Positions 50,290 to 60,796 of a stretch of 64,000 nt of DNA are shown here, piece after piece. The notes below the pieces were generated by a model, which saw nothing but the letters and a program-made list of their open reading frames with translations, was not told the origin of the DNA and ran no database searches. A program made the translations under genes and the position numbers. The DNA is from Opitutales bacterium. GTDB taxonomy: Bacteria; Verrucomicrobiota; Verrucomicrobiia; Opitutales; PNEW01. The first letter of the stretch is position 1; every line of letters begins with the position of its first letter. The stretch spans positions 2,048,001 through 2,112,000 of the forward strand of contig CBDANS010000007.1 of NCBI GenBank assembly GCA_965197745.1, read 5' to 3'.

Positions 50290-51180
50290 ATGAGTAAAGA
50301 TGCAGTCATTGGTTTTATCGGAACAGGAGTGATGGGCAGCAGTATGGCCGGTCATATATTAAAAGCAGGTTACACCCTACAGGTCTATAATCGATCGAAA
50401 GAACGCGCTCAATCTCTCCTCGATGATGGAGCACAATGGCAGGATACCGTCGCTGGTGTCGCCAGTAATTCAGACATAATAATCACGATAGTAGGGTTTC
50501 CACATGATGTGGAGGAAGTCTATCTGGGGGCTGATGGAATTATTGCCCATGCTAAATCGGGCTCCCTATTGATCGACATGACGACTTCCCGGCCCAACCT
50601 CGCCAAGCAGATTGCCGATGATGCGGCTAAGAAAGACATAGCAAGTGTGGACGCTCCCGTCTCGGGCGGAGATCTCGGGGCAAGAGAAGCAAAACTTTCT
50701 ATCATGGTGGGGGGTGAAAAAGCTGCGTTTGAGCGAGCAAAACCAGTATTGGATATAATGGGGAAAAATATTGTCCTTCAAGGACCCGCGGGTTCTGGAC
50801 AGCACACAAAAATGTGCAATCAAATTGCCATTGCCCCATTGATGATAGGTGTCGTTGAAGCGATGGAATACGCTAAACAGTCCGGGCTCGAACCCTTTAC
50901 CGTCCTTAAAAGTATCGAGAGTGGAGCAGCCGGGAGCTGGTCCTTAAGCAACATTGCCCCCCGGGCCCTTAAAGAGGATTTTGCTCCGGGTTTTTATGTT
51001 AAACATTTCATTAAAGACATGGGTATCGCTCTCGATTCGGCGAGAGAGATGAATCTTGATCTTCCCGGCCTTTCGCTCGCTAAAAAACTTTATGACAAAC
51101 TGGCGGAATTAGGTTTTGAAAACGACGGCACGCAAGCGCTCTTCCGAATATACACTGCGAGTGAGCAAACGATTGCCTAG
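50290..51180 (+). CDS. NAD(P)-dependent beta-hydroxyacid dehydrogenase (GarR/MmsB family)
   Basis: GFIGTGVMG, DAPVSGG, KMCNQ and KDMGIAL motifs. Confidence 0.92.
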   Translation: MSKDAVIGFIGTGVMGSSMAGHILKAGYTLQVYNRSKERAQSLLDDGAQWQDTVAGVASNSDIIITIVGFPHDVEEVYLGADGIIAHAKSGSLLIDMTTSRPNLAKQIADDAAKKDIASVDAPVSGGDLGAREAKLSIMVGGEKAAFERAKPVLDIMGKNIVLQGPAGSGQHTKMCNQIAIAPLMIGVVEAMEYAKQSGLEPFTVLKSIESGAAGSWSLSNIAPRALKEDFAPGFYVKHFIKDMGIALDSAREMNLDLPGLSLAKKLYDKLAELGFENDGTQALFRIYTASEQTIA

Positions 51181-51401
51181 TTTTATAACTTGAAATTGTC
51201 ATTGCGAGGCTGTTTGTCAGCCGCGGCTACCGAGCACAACGACATCTTCCATTCCAGGCGAATCTCCATTGCGTGAAATGAATCTATGGATGTTAAGATG
51301 TACGTTCCACGCTCGAATATTATTCATTTGAATGATCTTACTGTGCTCAGGCTGCGCACCTTGCCTGACGGATATAAACCTACATCCCACGATTGCGGTT
51401 T

Positions 51402-52460
51402 TCATCCATTATCGACAATCGATAATTCCAAGGAATAAGAACGGCTTCCTCCCGGCTCGAGCTGGGGCAGATTGCCATGGTTGCGAGCATCCACTCTGCC
51501 CATTATACCCTCGGTGTTAGCCGGTTCAATACCGGTAACGTAGGCTCCTTCCCTCATCATCTTCCACTGATAGAGTGCTGGCAATTGAGACTTTTTATAG
51601 GCAAGCCTCACGCTAAGTCCTAAATCGGGATTTGCCAATTCTACTTTGACCATTCCAACGCTGTCCGCTTTCAAATCGTGCATAAATACCTGTTCAGTAT
51701 AACCGGCTGTGGGAGCTTGAAATTTATTCCATTGATCAATGCCCGCTGCTGCATTTTCATCGCGTCCTTCTGTATTATTAGATTCCAATTTCAGTTGAGA
51801 ATTCTCTGAGACCAGGGGGAACCCAAAATTACAATGATACAATATCATATGCGGGTTGGCATTAAATCCTTCGTTAGTAACCGTATCGTTTAGATGAATT
51901 GTGTTTGATCCGAGCCGGGTGCTGATTTTTCGTCGAAGGACGAGATTTTCTCCAAAAAAACTCACCTGTCTCACTTCACCCGTAATTTCAAGCAGGTAGT
52001 CGTCACCCACCCATTCACTGCGATGTCCCACTGAAGATGCGGGAATATTGCCAACACGACCGTGAAGTCCAAATTCTACTCCTCCTTCAAATCCAAATTC
52101 TGCATCTTCGTCGATACATGGCATTCCAAACTGGTCAAGACCACAGGTGGCTACGAGACCTCCTTGAAAAGAGCGAAGAAAGCCAAATCCTTTTGCTTCA
52201 AAATAACTCGGGTGGACTTCACCGCTGGGAGCTGCCCAGGCTATCGGTATCCCTTTGTAATGGCAGGCCGTAATATCCAATGATTTTTCCACCACAATAT
52301 TAAAACTTAACCCGGTTCCCGTCCACACATGAATAACTCTGTTTCCTCGCTCGGTCCCATCGGTAGACTCCATGGCTTTTATCCCGGCGACCTGGTTAAT
52401 ATTTCCCACGCGTCGCAGGATCTCATCTTTGTTTAATACGCATCCGTACAATTCTGCCAT
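51402..52460 (-). CDS. Aldose 1-epimerase superfamily protein (DUF4432-like)
   Basis: GGLVATCGL, LHGR, LYHCNFGFP and GIEP motifs. Confidence 0.82.
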   Translation of the reverse strand: MAELYGCVLNKDEILRRVGNINQVAGIKAMESTDGTERGNRVIHVWTGTGLSFNIVVEKSLDITACHYKGIPIAWAAPSGEVHPSYFEAKGFGFLRSFQGGLVATCGLDQFGMPCIDEDAEFGFEGGVEFGLHGRVGNIPASSVGHRSEWVGDDYLLEITGEVRQVSFFGENLVLRRKISTRLGSNTIHLNDTVTNEGFNANPHMILYHCNFGFPLVSENSQLKLESNNTEGRDENAAAGIDQWNKFQAPTAGYTEQVFMHDLKADSVGMVKVELANPDLGLSVRLAYKKSQLPALYQWKMMREGAYVTGIEPANTEGIMGRVDARNHGNLPQLEPGGSRSYSLELSIVDNG

Positions 52461-52497
52461 AATTTTCTCCCCAATAGTTATTCAATCACTCGTAAAA

Positions 52498-53883
52498 TCA
52501 GCTGTTATTCCCTATACCGATTCCGAATACTTCGAAACCGATGGAGCGAAGATTCTTCAGATCGAGAATATTCCGTCCATCAAAGATAAAGGCGGGCTTA
52601 AGCATGACCTGGTAGATTCGCTTAAAATCCAGATCTTTAAACTCTTCCCATTCAGTGAGAACCGCTATAGCGTGGGCGCCTTCCGCAGCCTCATAAGCAT
52701 TAATCGCGGTTTTGAGCAGAGCGTGCTCGTTCGTCTCAGGTGTCGGGGGTTTTAATTTGAGGTCCGCATAAATTTTCTCCGGAGCCACTTTGGGATCATA
52801 TACACAGATATGGGCTTGTTCTGCCAATAGATCGCGACAAACCGTGATGGCCGCTGATTCCCGTGTGTCATTAGTATCTTTCTTAAAAGCAAAACCGAAT
52901 ATCGCTATACGTTTTCCCGCAACCGAGTTAAAAAGTGACTTTACGATTCGCTGGGTGAATCGTCGTTTTTGATAGTCATTCATGGTTACTACCTGCTCCC
53001 AGTAAGCGGCTACTTCAATAAGGCCAAAATGCTCACACAAATAAACCAGGTTGAGGATATCTTTTTGAAAACAGGATCCGCCAAACCCGACAGATGATTT
53101 TAGAAACTTCGGTCCGATGCGAGAATCCAAACCTATAGCCAGCGCTACTTCGTCAATATCAGCACCTGTTGATTCACAGAGTGCAGATATCGAATTAATG
53201 GAGGATATGCGTTGAGCAAGGAAAGCATTGGCCGCAAGCTTGGATAATTCCGAAGACCAGATATTGGTCGTGATAATCTTTTCTCGCGGCACCCAGGTAG
53301 AATAAATATCGGCAATGGCTTTAACCGCCTTATCTCCCGCCGGCGTTCGTTCACCTCCTATGAGGACACGATCAGGATTATCGAGATCAGTGATTGCCGT
53401 GCCTTCAGCTAAAAACTCCGGATTGGATACCACTTGAAAATCAACTCCATTTTTATTGGCGTCCAGTATCCGCTTAATCGACTCTGCGGTGCGCACCGGG
53501 AGCGTGGATTTTTCGACCACTATTTTACCCGATTTTGCTACTTCCGCTATTTGACGGGAACTCTTCTCAATAAATTTAAGATCCGCGGCGCGCCCTGCGC
53601 CCATTCCATAAGTCTTGGTCGGCGTGGGAAGACACATAAATATGATGTCCGCACTATGAATTCCTTTTTCAATTTCTGACGAAAAAAATAAATTTTTTCC
53701 CCGTGCCTGTCTGACAATTTCGTTTAATCCCGGTTCGAATACGGGTAATGATTCAGAGTTCCAGGCATCTATACGCTCCTTGTCGAGATCGACAACAGTT
53801 ATATTCAGATGAGGACATTTACCTGCAATAACGGCCATCGTCGGACCGCCTACATATCCGGCTCCAATACAACATATGTTCAT
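52498..53883 (-). CDS. ugd: UDP-glucose 6-dehydrogenase
   Basis: [33 protein letters not shown] and [12 protein letters not shown] motifs. Confidence 0.96.
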   Translation of the reverse strand: MNICCIGAGYVGGPTMAVIAGKCPHLNITVVDLDKERIDAWNSESLPVFEPGLNEIVRQARGKNLFFSSEIEKGIHSADIIFMCLPTPTKTYGMGAGRAADLKFIEKSSRQIAEVAKSGKIVVEKSTLPVRTAESIKRILDANKNGVDFQVVSNPEFLAEGTAITDLDNPDRVLIGGERTPAGDKAVKAIADIYSTWVPREKIITTNIWSSELSKLAANAFLAQRISSINSISALCESTGADIDEVALAIGLDSRIGPKFLKSSVGFGGSCFQKDILNLVYLCEHFGLIEVAAYWEQVVTMNDYQKRRFTQRIVKSLFNSVAGKRIAIFGFAFKKDTNDTRESAAITVCRDLLAEQAHICVYDPKVAPEKIYADLKLKPPTPETNEHALLKTAINAYEAAEGAHAIAVLTEWEEFKDLDFKRIYQVMLKPAFIFDGRNILDLKNLRSIGFEVFGIGIGNNS

Positions 53884-54149
53884 ATACAGTTGATTCCTCT
53901 GATTTACGTTTGTTAACCACAGTAGTCTGCAATTGTCCAATTATGCAAATCCAGGCAAATTTTTTAAGCAAATATATTACCTGCTTCGATCTAAGCTATT
54001 TAATGATTAAATTTATTTAAGGGGATTAGATTCCACGAACGATTTGGCAGTTTTGTCTGTAATTTACCATACTCGATTTAGCTATCAGAAATTGCCGTTT
54101 AAGACTATTGTCGTTTTTTCTTTCAACGGGACAGGAATCGCTGTTTGTA

Positions 54150-55424
54150 TTAGTTTTTAAATTCCTTCACTACCTCGACGAATCGTTTCACTGCCTCTTG
54201 CAATCGTTTGTCATCAAGAGAACCTATACTTAGCCTTACATAAAAAGCTGGCGCATCGTCTGCAAAGCAAATACTGCCCGGCACATAGATCACCCCATGA
54301 TCGACACAGGATTTACAAAAGGCTGAATCGATATTTGTATTCATATCAATCGGTCCTTTAATCCAGCAGAGCAGTCCTCCTTCAGGGACTTCCCAATCCC
54401 AACCAAGATCGCGCAAACCACAATCATCCAACGAATCCTGCAACAACTTCATCTTACCTTTATAGTGTTTGCGAAGCCCCTCCAATACTTCAGAGTATAG
54501 ATTATTACTTAAGACCGATTCGATTATAGCCTGTGTAAAATTGGCGGTTCCAAAATCCTGGCACCCCTTCACTCGCTCCATCTTTTTCAACCACTCGCTA
54601 TCAGAACAACAGGCAAAGCCGACTTTCAATCCGGTGGCAAATGGTTTAGTATAAGTGCCCGTGTATAAGCCGGGAATACCATCATATTCTGACAAACTGA
54701 GAATACTCCGTGCCGGATAAGGATCATTAAAATAAAGCTCTCGGTAGGCCGTATCTTCAATTACCGGAATCGTAATATCCAGATTTTGCAAAAAGCTTCC
54801 AAGCCGACATTTTTCATCTTCGCTTATGCAACGTGATGAAGGATTAGAGTAATAACTCATCAGATATATCGCTTTTATTTTTTCTCTTTCATCTGAGTTT
54901 GTAAATTGATTCAGCACTGCAGCAAAATCATCAAAATGAATACACCCGTCATCTCCTGTTGGAATAGATATGGCCCGCACCCCCAAACTTTTAAGCAACT
55001 CGAGAAAAACAAAATAAGTAGGTCTTTCCACAAATACGATATCACCGGGATCACAAAGCACCTGGATGGCAAGGTAGAGCGCCTGTTGCGAACCATTAGT
55101 GATCAGCATATGATCCGGCTTGAACCCCCTTTCATTCTCCCCGGGGTAAGTGGCGAGAAATTGACCCGTTTGTTCTCTCAACAGATAGCGACCCTGGTTT
55201 ATTCCGTACTGTAAATATTCTGCGTTAATCGTATTTCCGGGAAGTTCAGAAACCGTTTTATTCACTAATTCAACAGGAAGAACGCTGTTATCGGTAAAAC
55301 CTGCAGCTAAAGATAAAAGGTTCGGATTATTCAATTCCGTGACCATCAGTTGGGTAATAACAGGATCTGTTATTCGGCTACCTATTTGAGAATAGTCAAT
55401 TTTCCTCACAGTTTGACTGTTCAT
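54150..55424 (-). CDS. PLP-dependent aminotransferase class I/II (2-aminoadipate transaminase-like)
   Basis: SLAAG, ITNGSQQAL, SNP, EDTAY and TYTKPFATGLKVG motifs. Confidence 0.88.
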   Translation of the reverse strand: MNSQTVRKIDYSQIGSRITDPVITQLMVTELNNPNLLSLAAGFTDNSVLPVELVNKTVSELPGNTINAEYLQYGINQGRYLLREQTGQFLATYPGENERGFKPDHMLITNGSQQALYLAIQVLCDPGDIVFVERPTYFVFLELLKSLGVRAISIPTGDDGCIHFDDFAAVLNQFTNSDEREKIKAIYLMSYYSNPSSRCISEDEKCRLGSFLQNLDITIPVIEDTAYRELYFNDPYPARSILSLSEYDGIPGLYTGTYTKPFATGLKVGFACCSDSEWLKKMERVKGCQDFGTANFTQAIIESVLSNNLYSEVLEGLRKHYKGKMKLLQDSLDDCGLRDLGWDWEVPEGGLLCWIKGPIDMNTNIDSAFCKSCVDHGVIYVPGSICFADDAPAFYVRLSIGSLDDKRLQEAVKRFVEVVKEFKN

Positions 55425-55532
55425 TTTAATAGATTCTTCGGATTTATCTTTTAAGGCAATATATATCCTGAATCGAAAAACCTGTTGCCAAAAGCTTAAG
55501 GTCAAATCAGGTTTACTCAGTGATTAACAGGC

Positions 55533-56375
55533 ATGCAAAGCACCAAAAATAAACCTACCGCTGGGGTAATGGATACGTTTCTTTTCATACTGCGTTGTTT
55601 ATTGATGGTCTATGTTGGATTAGGGCTTTTCGCGCTGCTCTTTTCGAATTGGATGATATTTCCAAAAAAGCAGTCTACCTATACTGATAATGACGATATA
55701 TTTAAAATGCCCCTCGATAATGGAAAGAATATATCGTTAGTCTATCTCCCTAATGAAGAGGCCAAATACACTTTGCTTTACAGCCACGGTAATTATGAAG
55801 ATCTCGGTGACCTATATTCCTTATTAGTAAAATACCAGCAGTTTGGATTTGCCGTGCTTGCCTATGATTATCCTGGTTATGGAACGAGCGAAGGGCGGGC
55901 TACCGAAAAAAACACTTACGCAGCTATAGGCGTGGCTTACGATTATCTCACTAACAAACTTAATATTGAACCGGGAAAAATTATTGCCATTGGTCGTTCA
56001 GTCGGTGGTGGTCCCGCTGTCGATCTTGCTTCCCGGAAACCACTGGGTGGACTCATTTTAGAGAGCACCTTTGTCACCGCTTTTCGTGTAATGACGAGAA
56101 TTCCTATTCTCCCCTGGGATAAATTCAGCAACATCAGTAAAATCGAAGCGGTGCAATGTCCTGTTCTGCTTATTCATGGAACGGAGGACGAAGTAATATC
56201 ATTCTGGCACAGTAAAGCTTTAATGGAAAAAGCCAACCAACCTAAACTCTATCTTTGGGTCGAAGGCGCTGAGCATAACAATGTGATAGATTTTGCAGGT
56301 AGAATCTATTGGGATACATTGGATAAGTTTAGAATAGATGTAGAAAAGCATGAGCGAAATACACAAAATCTTTAA
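55533..56375 (+). CDS. Alpha/beta hydrolase (ABHD17-like)
   Basis: SHGN, YDYPGYG, GRSVGG, HGTEDEVI and GAEHN motifs. Confidence 0.9.
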   Translation: MQSTKNKPTAGVMDTFLFILRCLLMVYVGLGLFALLFSNWMIFPKKQSTYTDNDDIFKMPLDNGKNISLVYLPNEEAKYTLLYSHGNYEDLGDLYSLLVKYQQFGFAVLAYDYPGYGTSEGRATEKNTYAAIGVAYDYLTNKLNIEPGKIIAIGRSVGGGPAVDLASRKPLGGLILESTFVTAFRVMTRIPILPWDKFSNISKIEAVQCPVLLIHGTEDEVISFWHSKALMEKANQPKLYLWVEGAEHNNVIDFAGRIYWDTLDKFRIDVEKHERNTQNL

Positions 56376-56388
56376 TCCGCATTATCAC

Positions 56389-56958
56389 ATGAATAAATCC
56401 GCGCTTATACTGCTCGTTAATGGTTTTGAAGAAATAGAAGCCATCAGCCCTATCGATTTACTTCGCCGGGCAGGAGTCACCTGCACCGTTGCCTCAATTG
56501 AAGATAGCACCCTGGTCACGGGGCGAGATGGAATAACTTTACAGGCTGATATCCTTCTCAATTCTATTTTAGAGCAGAATTTCGACGCTTTAATTCTACC
56601 GGGAGGTCCCGGCCATGAGCGTATGCGAAAAGACAAAAGAGTAATAGATTTAGTAAAAAAGCATGTTGCTCAAGGTCGGATAACAGGTGCCATTTGCGCC
56701 GCTCCGACCATACTCTATGAAGCGGGAACGCTTGAAGATAAAAAGTATACATCACACCCAAGCGTTATGGATGAACTGGCAGATGCTATAACCGATCAAG
56801 CGGTAGTAATAGATGGTGAAATAATCACTTCTCGGGGAGCCGGTACCGCGACAGCATTTGCTTTAGCCCTTGTCTCCCGGCTCACGGGTAGTGATAAAGC
56901 TAAGGAAATTGCCGACAGTATATGTTACGATTCTCAGGAGGGGTTGGCATTGAGGTAA
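56389..56958 (+). CDS. DJ-1/PfpI (ThiJ/YajL) family protein
   Basis: GFEEIEA, LPGG, AICAAP and TSRGAGTA motifs. Confidence 0.92.
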   Translation: MNKSALILLVNGFEEIEAISPIDLLRRAGVTCTVASIEDSTLVTGRDGITLQADILLNSILEQNFDALILPGGPGHERMRKDKRVIDLVKKHVAQGRITGAICAAPTILYEAGTLEDKKYTSHPSVMDELADAITDQAVVIDGEIITSRGAGTATAFALALVSRLTGSDKAKEIADSICYDSQEGLALR

Positions 56959-56987
56959 TCACTATTCTTCTTATTCACACATCTAAT

Positions 56988-57170
56988 TGTCCACGACGGA
57001 GCGTGGCCCTCCCCATTTATTTCAGGAGGTAAGTGTTTTATTGAATTTCTAGAGGGACGCACTCCGTTGCGTCCGTGAATTATCCATTATGTTATAATCT
57101 ACCTCGGTTATAATGGATAAATAGGATCATGGTTAAACCCGAATTTTAAAGCGCCCACGCTTCGTGTGGC
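56988..57170. repeat. REP-like GAGGGCCACGCTCCGTCGTGG hairpin cluster
   Basis: CCACGACGGAGCGTGGCCCTCC, inverted GAGGGACGCACTCCGTTGCGTCC and GCCCACGCTTCGTGTGGC. Confidence 0.6.
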
Positions 57171-57242
57171 TGTGATACGGATTGATGAAAGAACTGAAAA
57201 ATGATTTCTTGATGTTTAATTATGAACGCTGAATGTCGAAAT

Positions 57243-57266
57243 TAAGCCAAATATATTTTTGGCTTA
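57243..57266. terminator. Hairpin downstream of 57287-58624
   Basis: TAAGCCAAA-TATATT-TTTGGCTTA. Confidence 0.5.
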
Positions 57267-57286
57267 GAATCATTCCCCAAGAGAAA

Positions 57287-58624
57287 TTAAGGTCTACGCA
57301 AGGGGCGGAACCGATAATCATCACTATAAGAAGGTACCGTTTTACTCTTGAGAATCTCATTGCGAGCAGTATCTGACAAGTCACTGGACTCTAACCAGGC
57401 TTGAGCTGATTCCGGGTCCTGTTGCATCCAGTATTGTCCTAAAACCGTTAAACTTTCCTCACGCCTCTGGGGGTCATAGATCGACTGTGCCCATGAAATA
57501 GCCGTTTCAGGGTTATCTGAAACAACGTTTCTTGCAAAGGCATCTATCGCTGGGTCGAGACTCGGTTCCGCAGGAATATTATTGAGCCATTCACCTGCAG
57601 CACTGGGATCATCAGCGGACCACCGGCTTACAAGAGCATGCATTCCGCGTTCGCGACTTTCACCATCAGGCAACCTGTTAACCCATTCTGCAGCCGCCAG
57701 CGGATCTTCGCGCGCCCAAATTGCGGTAACAGCCCCAACGGCACGCTCACTATAGTCTTCATTCACATACTGTTCAACCCAAGTCGCTGCAGCAGATGGA
57801 TCCCTGCTTGCCCATTGTCGAGATACACTACTGAATGCGTTTTCTTTTATATCACTATCTCTGACCGACTCAGCCCACTGCACAGCATCACCAATTCCAT
57901 TTTGCATATATCCAGAAGCAATTATTCCTATCGCGCGATCTCTTTCACGACCGGGGGGCAACGATTCAACGAAATCCGCGGATGCATCCGGGTCAATTTT
58001 TGTCCACCCCGAAACAACTCCGAAAAGATAAGAATTTCGTCCCTCGTCAATCGCCTGTTCCTCACTCCAGGCAAGAGCTGCCAATGGGTCCTTACTGGCC
58101 CAACTTGATATCGCGGTGTTAGCTGCCCATCTTTTCCCCGGGCCTGATAATTCATGGGTAGCATAATTGACAGCGGCAGGTCCATCAAATGCACCCCAGG
58201 CATGCATCAGAAGATTTATCTGACGCATTCGCATTTGCCCGGGCGTCATATCTTCTAATATGGATACGGCTTCCCTTACATTATGCTCATTTAAACCGAC
58301 CATAGCTTGAGCCATTTTCAGCATCTGCTTAATCGGATCTGATTCGCCAATAGCTTCTCGCAATAAATCCTGCACGCTTCCCGAGTAATTTAAATCCAGG
58401 TTCTCGCTTAAATTACGATTTATTGAATCATCCCCCATCCCCCTTTTCACGCTATTCCTCGATTCAGCAGAAATATCCTTCCTGCTTTCCGCCACTTCTA
58501 TGAGAGCATCATCAGTCGAAGAGACTATCCACCCCGCGAGAAAAGCGGCGCCTAAAGAAACGGCCCCCATAATCACAAAGAAGACCGTTTTCTTCAGGGT
58601 CATGAGAATCACCCATTGCTTCAT
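57287..58624 (-). CDS. Membrane-anchored alpha-helical repeat protein (W-A-x-x-D-P-x-A-A-x-x-W repeats)
   Basis: N-terminal TM segment followed by about 30-aa repeats of a type common in Verrucomicrobiota. Confidence 0.7.
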   Translation of the reverse strand: MKQWVILMTLKKTVFFVIMGAVSLGAAFLAGWIVSSTDDALIEVAESRKDISAESRNSVKRGMGDDSINRNLSENLDLNYSGSVQDLLREAIGESDPIKQMLKMAQAMVGLNEHNVREAVSILEDMTPGQMRMRQINLLMHAWGAFDGPAAVNYATHELSGPGKRWAANTAISSWASKDPLAALAWSEEQAIDEGRNSYLFGVVSGWTKIDPDASADFVESLPPGRERDRAIGIIASGYMQNGIGDAVQWAESVRDSDIKENAFSSVSRQWASRDPSAAATWVEQYVNEDYSERAVGAVTAIWAREDPLAAAEWVNRLPDGESRERGMHALVSRWSADDPSAAGEWLNNIPAEPSLDPAIDAFARNVVSDNPETAISWAQSIYDPQRREESLTVLGQYWMQQDPESAQAWLESSDLSDTARNEILKSKTVPSYSDDYRFRPLRRP

Positions 58625-58679
58625 TGTTAAGTATAACCGTCTAAATCGCCATTGGTTTCATTCGGAGCAAAAATTAATT

Positions 58680-59897
58680 CTAGTCAACCGCTGAAACATA
58701 GGCTGGCTGAGAGGCATTCCCAAAATCTTCTGGGCTGAGTGGCTGTGCTTTACCCGTCTCCGTATCGATAATCATCAGCCGCTGATATTTACTTGTTCTG
58801 GCCGTGTAAATAAGATGCCTTCCATCCTTCGTCCAACAGGGTTCAACGGCATCTCCCCGCCCGCTTGTCAACCAGCGGCTGCCTTGTTTTTCAAAATCAT
58901 AGAGAGCAATCTCAAACTCTTTTCCCACTGCAGCCGTAAATACAAGAATATTAGCGTGCCTGGGGTTCCAGGTGGGTTCAGTACAATTACCACTATTGTT
59001 GGTCGGAATTCGCCGGGGATTTCCTCCTCTTCTCGACATCTCAAATAGTTGCGGTTTTCCGAGCCGATTGGATGTAAAGGCAATCCGCTCACCGTCCGGT
59101 GACCAGGTGGGATCTGCTTCCACTGCCGGATTGCGGGTGAGACGCCTGAGATTACGGCCCAGAGTATTGCTAATATAAATTTCCGAGTTTCCCGTTCCGG
59201 ATAAGACCATCGCTACTTCACTTCCTCTCGGATTAAATGTAGCGCCAGTATTGATTCCTTTAAAACTGGCGAAGGTACTGCGTTCCAGGGTATTCAGATC
59301 GATAGCGTAAATATCCGGAAAACCGTTGCGGTAATAACTGGTATAATAGATTTTTCTCCCATCAGGTGACCAATGAGGGAGCACTGAATGCGTTCGATCA
59401 TGGGTGATTTGACGAACCTGCCCAAAGAACAAATCAGATACATATATTTCTCTGTGCCCGGACCTGTTTCCAACGAATGCAATATTTCCAGCAAAAAAAC
59501 CTGGAATACCGAGCGTTTTAAGAACCACCAGATCAGCCGCAAGCAGAGTGGCTTCTCTTCGATTTGCCCCAGTTACCAATTGCGTAAATTGCGCTTTTAA
59601 TGGATTACCACTTTCTATCGAGACCTGAATACTTTGCGGTCCTTTGGGCGTAAAACGAAAAGTGAAAACACTATTCCCCTGAGATTTTATGGCATAGGCA
59701 CCATGCAAACTGAAACCTCGAACAACAAGGTTAAGTATTTCTCTATCAGAAGAAATGAGAGATATATTTTTTACTTTTTTGTTACTCAGACGGACTATTT
59801 CTCCCATATCTATTGCACGTGATTGCCCTTTCAATAGCGCAAGCGGCCACCAAAGAAGTAAAGGGAGCATAAAATAGAAATAATAATTGCGCGTCAT
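58680..59897 (-). CDS. tolB: Tol-Pal system beta-propeller protein TolB
   Basis: Signal peptide; GIPGFF..IAFV; PD40 repeats WSPDG. Confidence 0.82.
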   Translation of the reverse strand: MTRNYYFYFMLPLLLWWPLALLKGQSRAIDMGEIVRLSNKKVKNISLISSDREILNLVVRGFSLHGAYAIKSQGNSVFTFRFTPKGPQSIQVSIESGNPLKAQFTQLVTGANRREATLLAADLVVLKTLGIPGFFAGNIAFVGNRSGHREIYVSDLFFGQVRQITHDRTHSVLPHWSPDGRKIYYTSYYRNGFPDIYAIDLNTLERSTFASFKGINTGATFNPRGSEVAMVLSGTGNSEIYISNTLGRNLRRLTRNPAVEADPTWSPDGERIAFTSNRLGKPQLFEMSRRGGNPRRIPTNNSGNCTEPTWNPRHANILVFTAAVGKEFEIALYDFEKQGSRWLTSGRGDAVEPCWTKDGRHLIYTARTSKYQRLMIIDTETGKAQPLSPEDFGNASQPAYVSAVD

Positions 59898-60122
59898 TGT
59901 TGAAAATTCGTGATATAAAAATTCTAGTGTTGATTGAAAATAATTAACGGCAGCATTTTATCGTCTACTTCATTTTATCAAAGCACGCCATCATATTTTT
60001 ACGCGATTGTAAAGTTGACACGTGTATAAGGGGTTATCTATCATGTTTGAATGCGTAGAAGGGCACAGTTGTTTTTCATCTGGGTTGGAGAGGTGTTTGT
60101 TGGTTTAATTGTGGATTTTTTT

Positions 60123-60563
60123 ATGGAAGACAAGTATAACCTGATTATATATATTTTCGTGGCTATTATTGCAATAGGGGCGGCTATTTGCCTCTCCTTG
60201 CCTGAAATAATAGCTTGGCTTTCTGGTAGGACGTCATTCAAAACGGCTGCCAAAAGCTTTATTAAAGCACCATCTACTCATACATGGATGCCAGAAAGCG
60301 AAATACTAAAAATTATCCGAAAATCATCTGCTGTCATGAAAAACAGCCCTCGGAGAAATCAACCAGCTAGGACTATGCATGATACATTCATGTCACCGTT
60401 CATAGCTGGTCCAAGTGGGGAAACACAATACATACGTCAGCATGAAAAGGATGCATCCAAAGGAATTTTATATAATATTGTTGAAAAGCATCCGTCCGCT
60501 AAAAATGGAGACAAGTTCAGCAAAGAAATTATTGAATTTGAGCTATACCAAATGGTGCTCTAG
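60123..60563 (+). CDS. IS passenger gene: hypothetical protein with an N-terminal TM helix
   Basis: ORF lies inside the IRs; LIIYIFVAIIAIGAAICLSL. Confidence 0.6.
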   Translation: MEDKYNLIIYIFVAIIAIGAAICLSLPEIIAWLSGRTSFKTAAKSFIKAPSTHTWMPESEILKIIRKSSAVMKNSPRRNQPARTMHDTFMSPFIAGPSGETQYIRQHEKDASKGILYNIVEKHPSAKNGDKFSKEIIEFELYQMVL

Positions 60564-60589
60564 GCATAACGGGAGAGGAAATCTTTATT

Positions 60590-60796
60590 ATGGCTATTGG
60601 AAAATATTTGAGTTTGGAAGAAGCTTGCAAAAAGGGTAAGTTAAAACGCTTTGCTAAAGAACACCAAGCTGAAGCTGACGAGCGGTTTTGGCCAACACTG
60701 GATGCAGCAGTTACAGGGAGGAAATCAAAGCAGGAAACATCTGTTCAGGCTTGTGTCGATAATTGTAACGAAACTCAAACTCTTTCAGATACTTGA
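60590..60796 (+). CDS. IS passenger gene: small hypothetical protein
   Basis: 68 aa with RBS GAGAGGA; overlaps the transposase 3' end on the opposite strand. Confidence 0.55.
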   Translation: MAIGKYLSLEEACKKGKLKRFAKEHQAEADERFWPTLDAAVTGRKSKQETSVQACVDNCNETQTLSDT

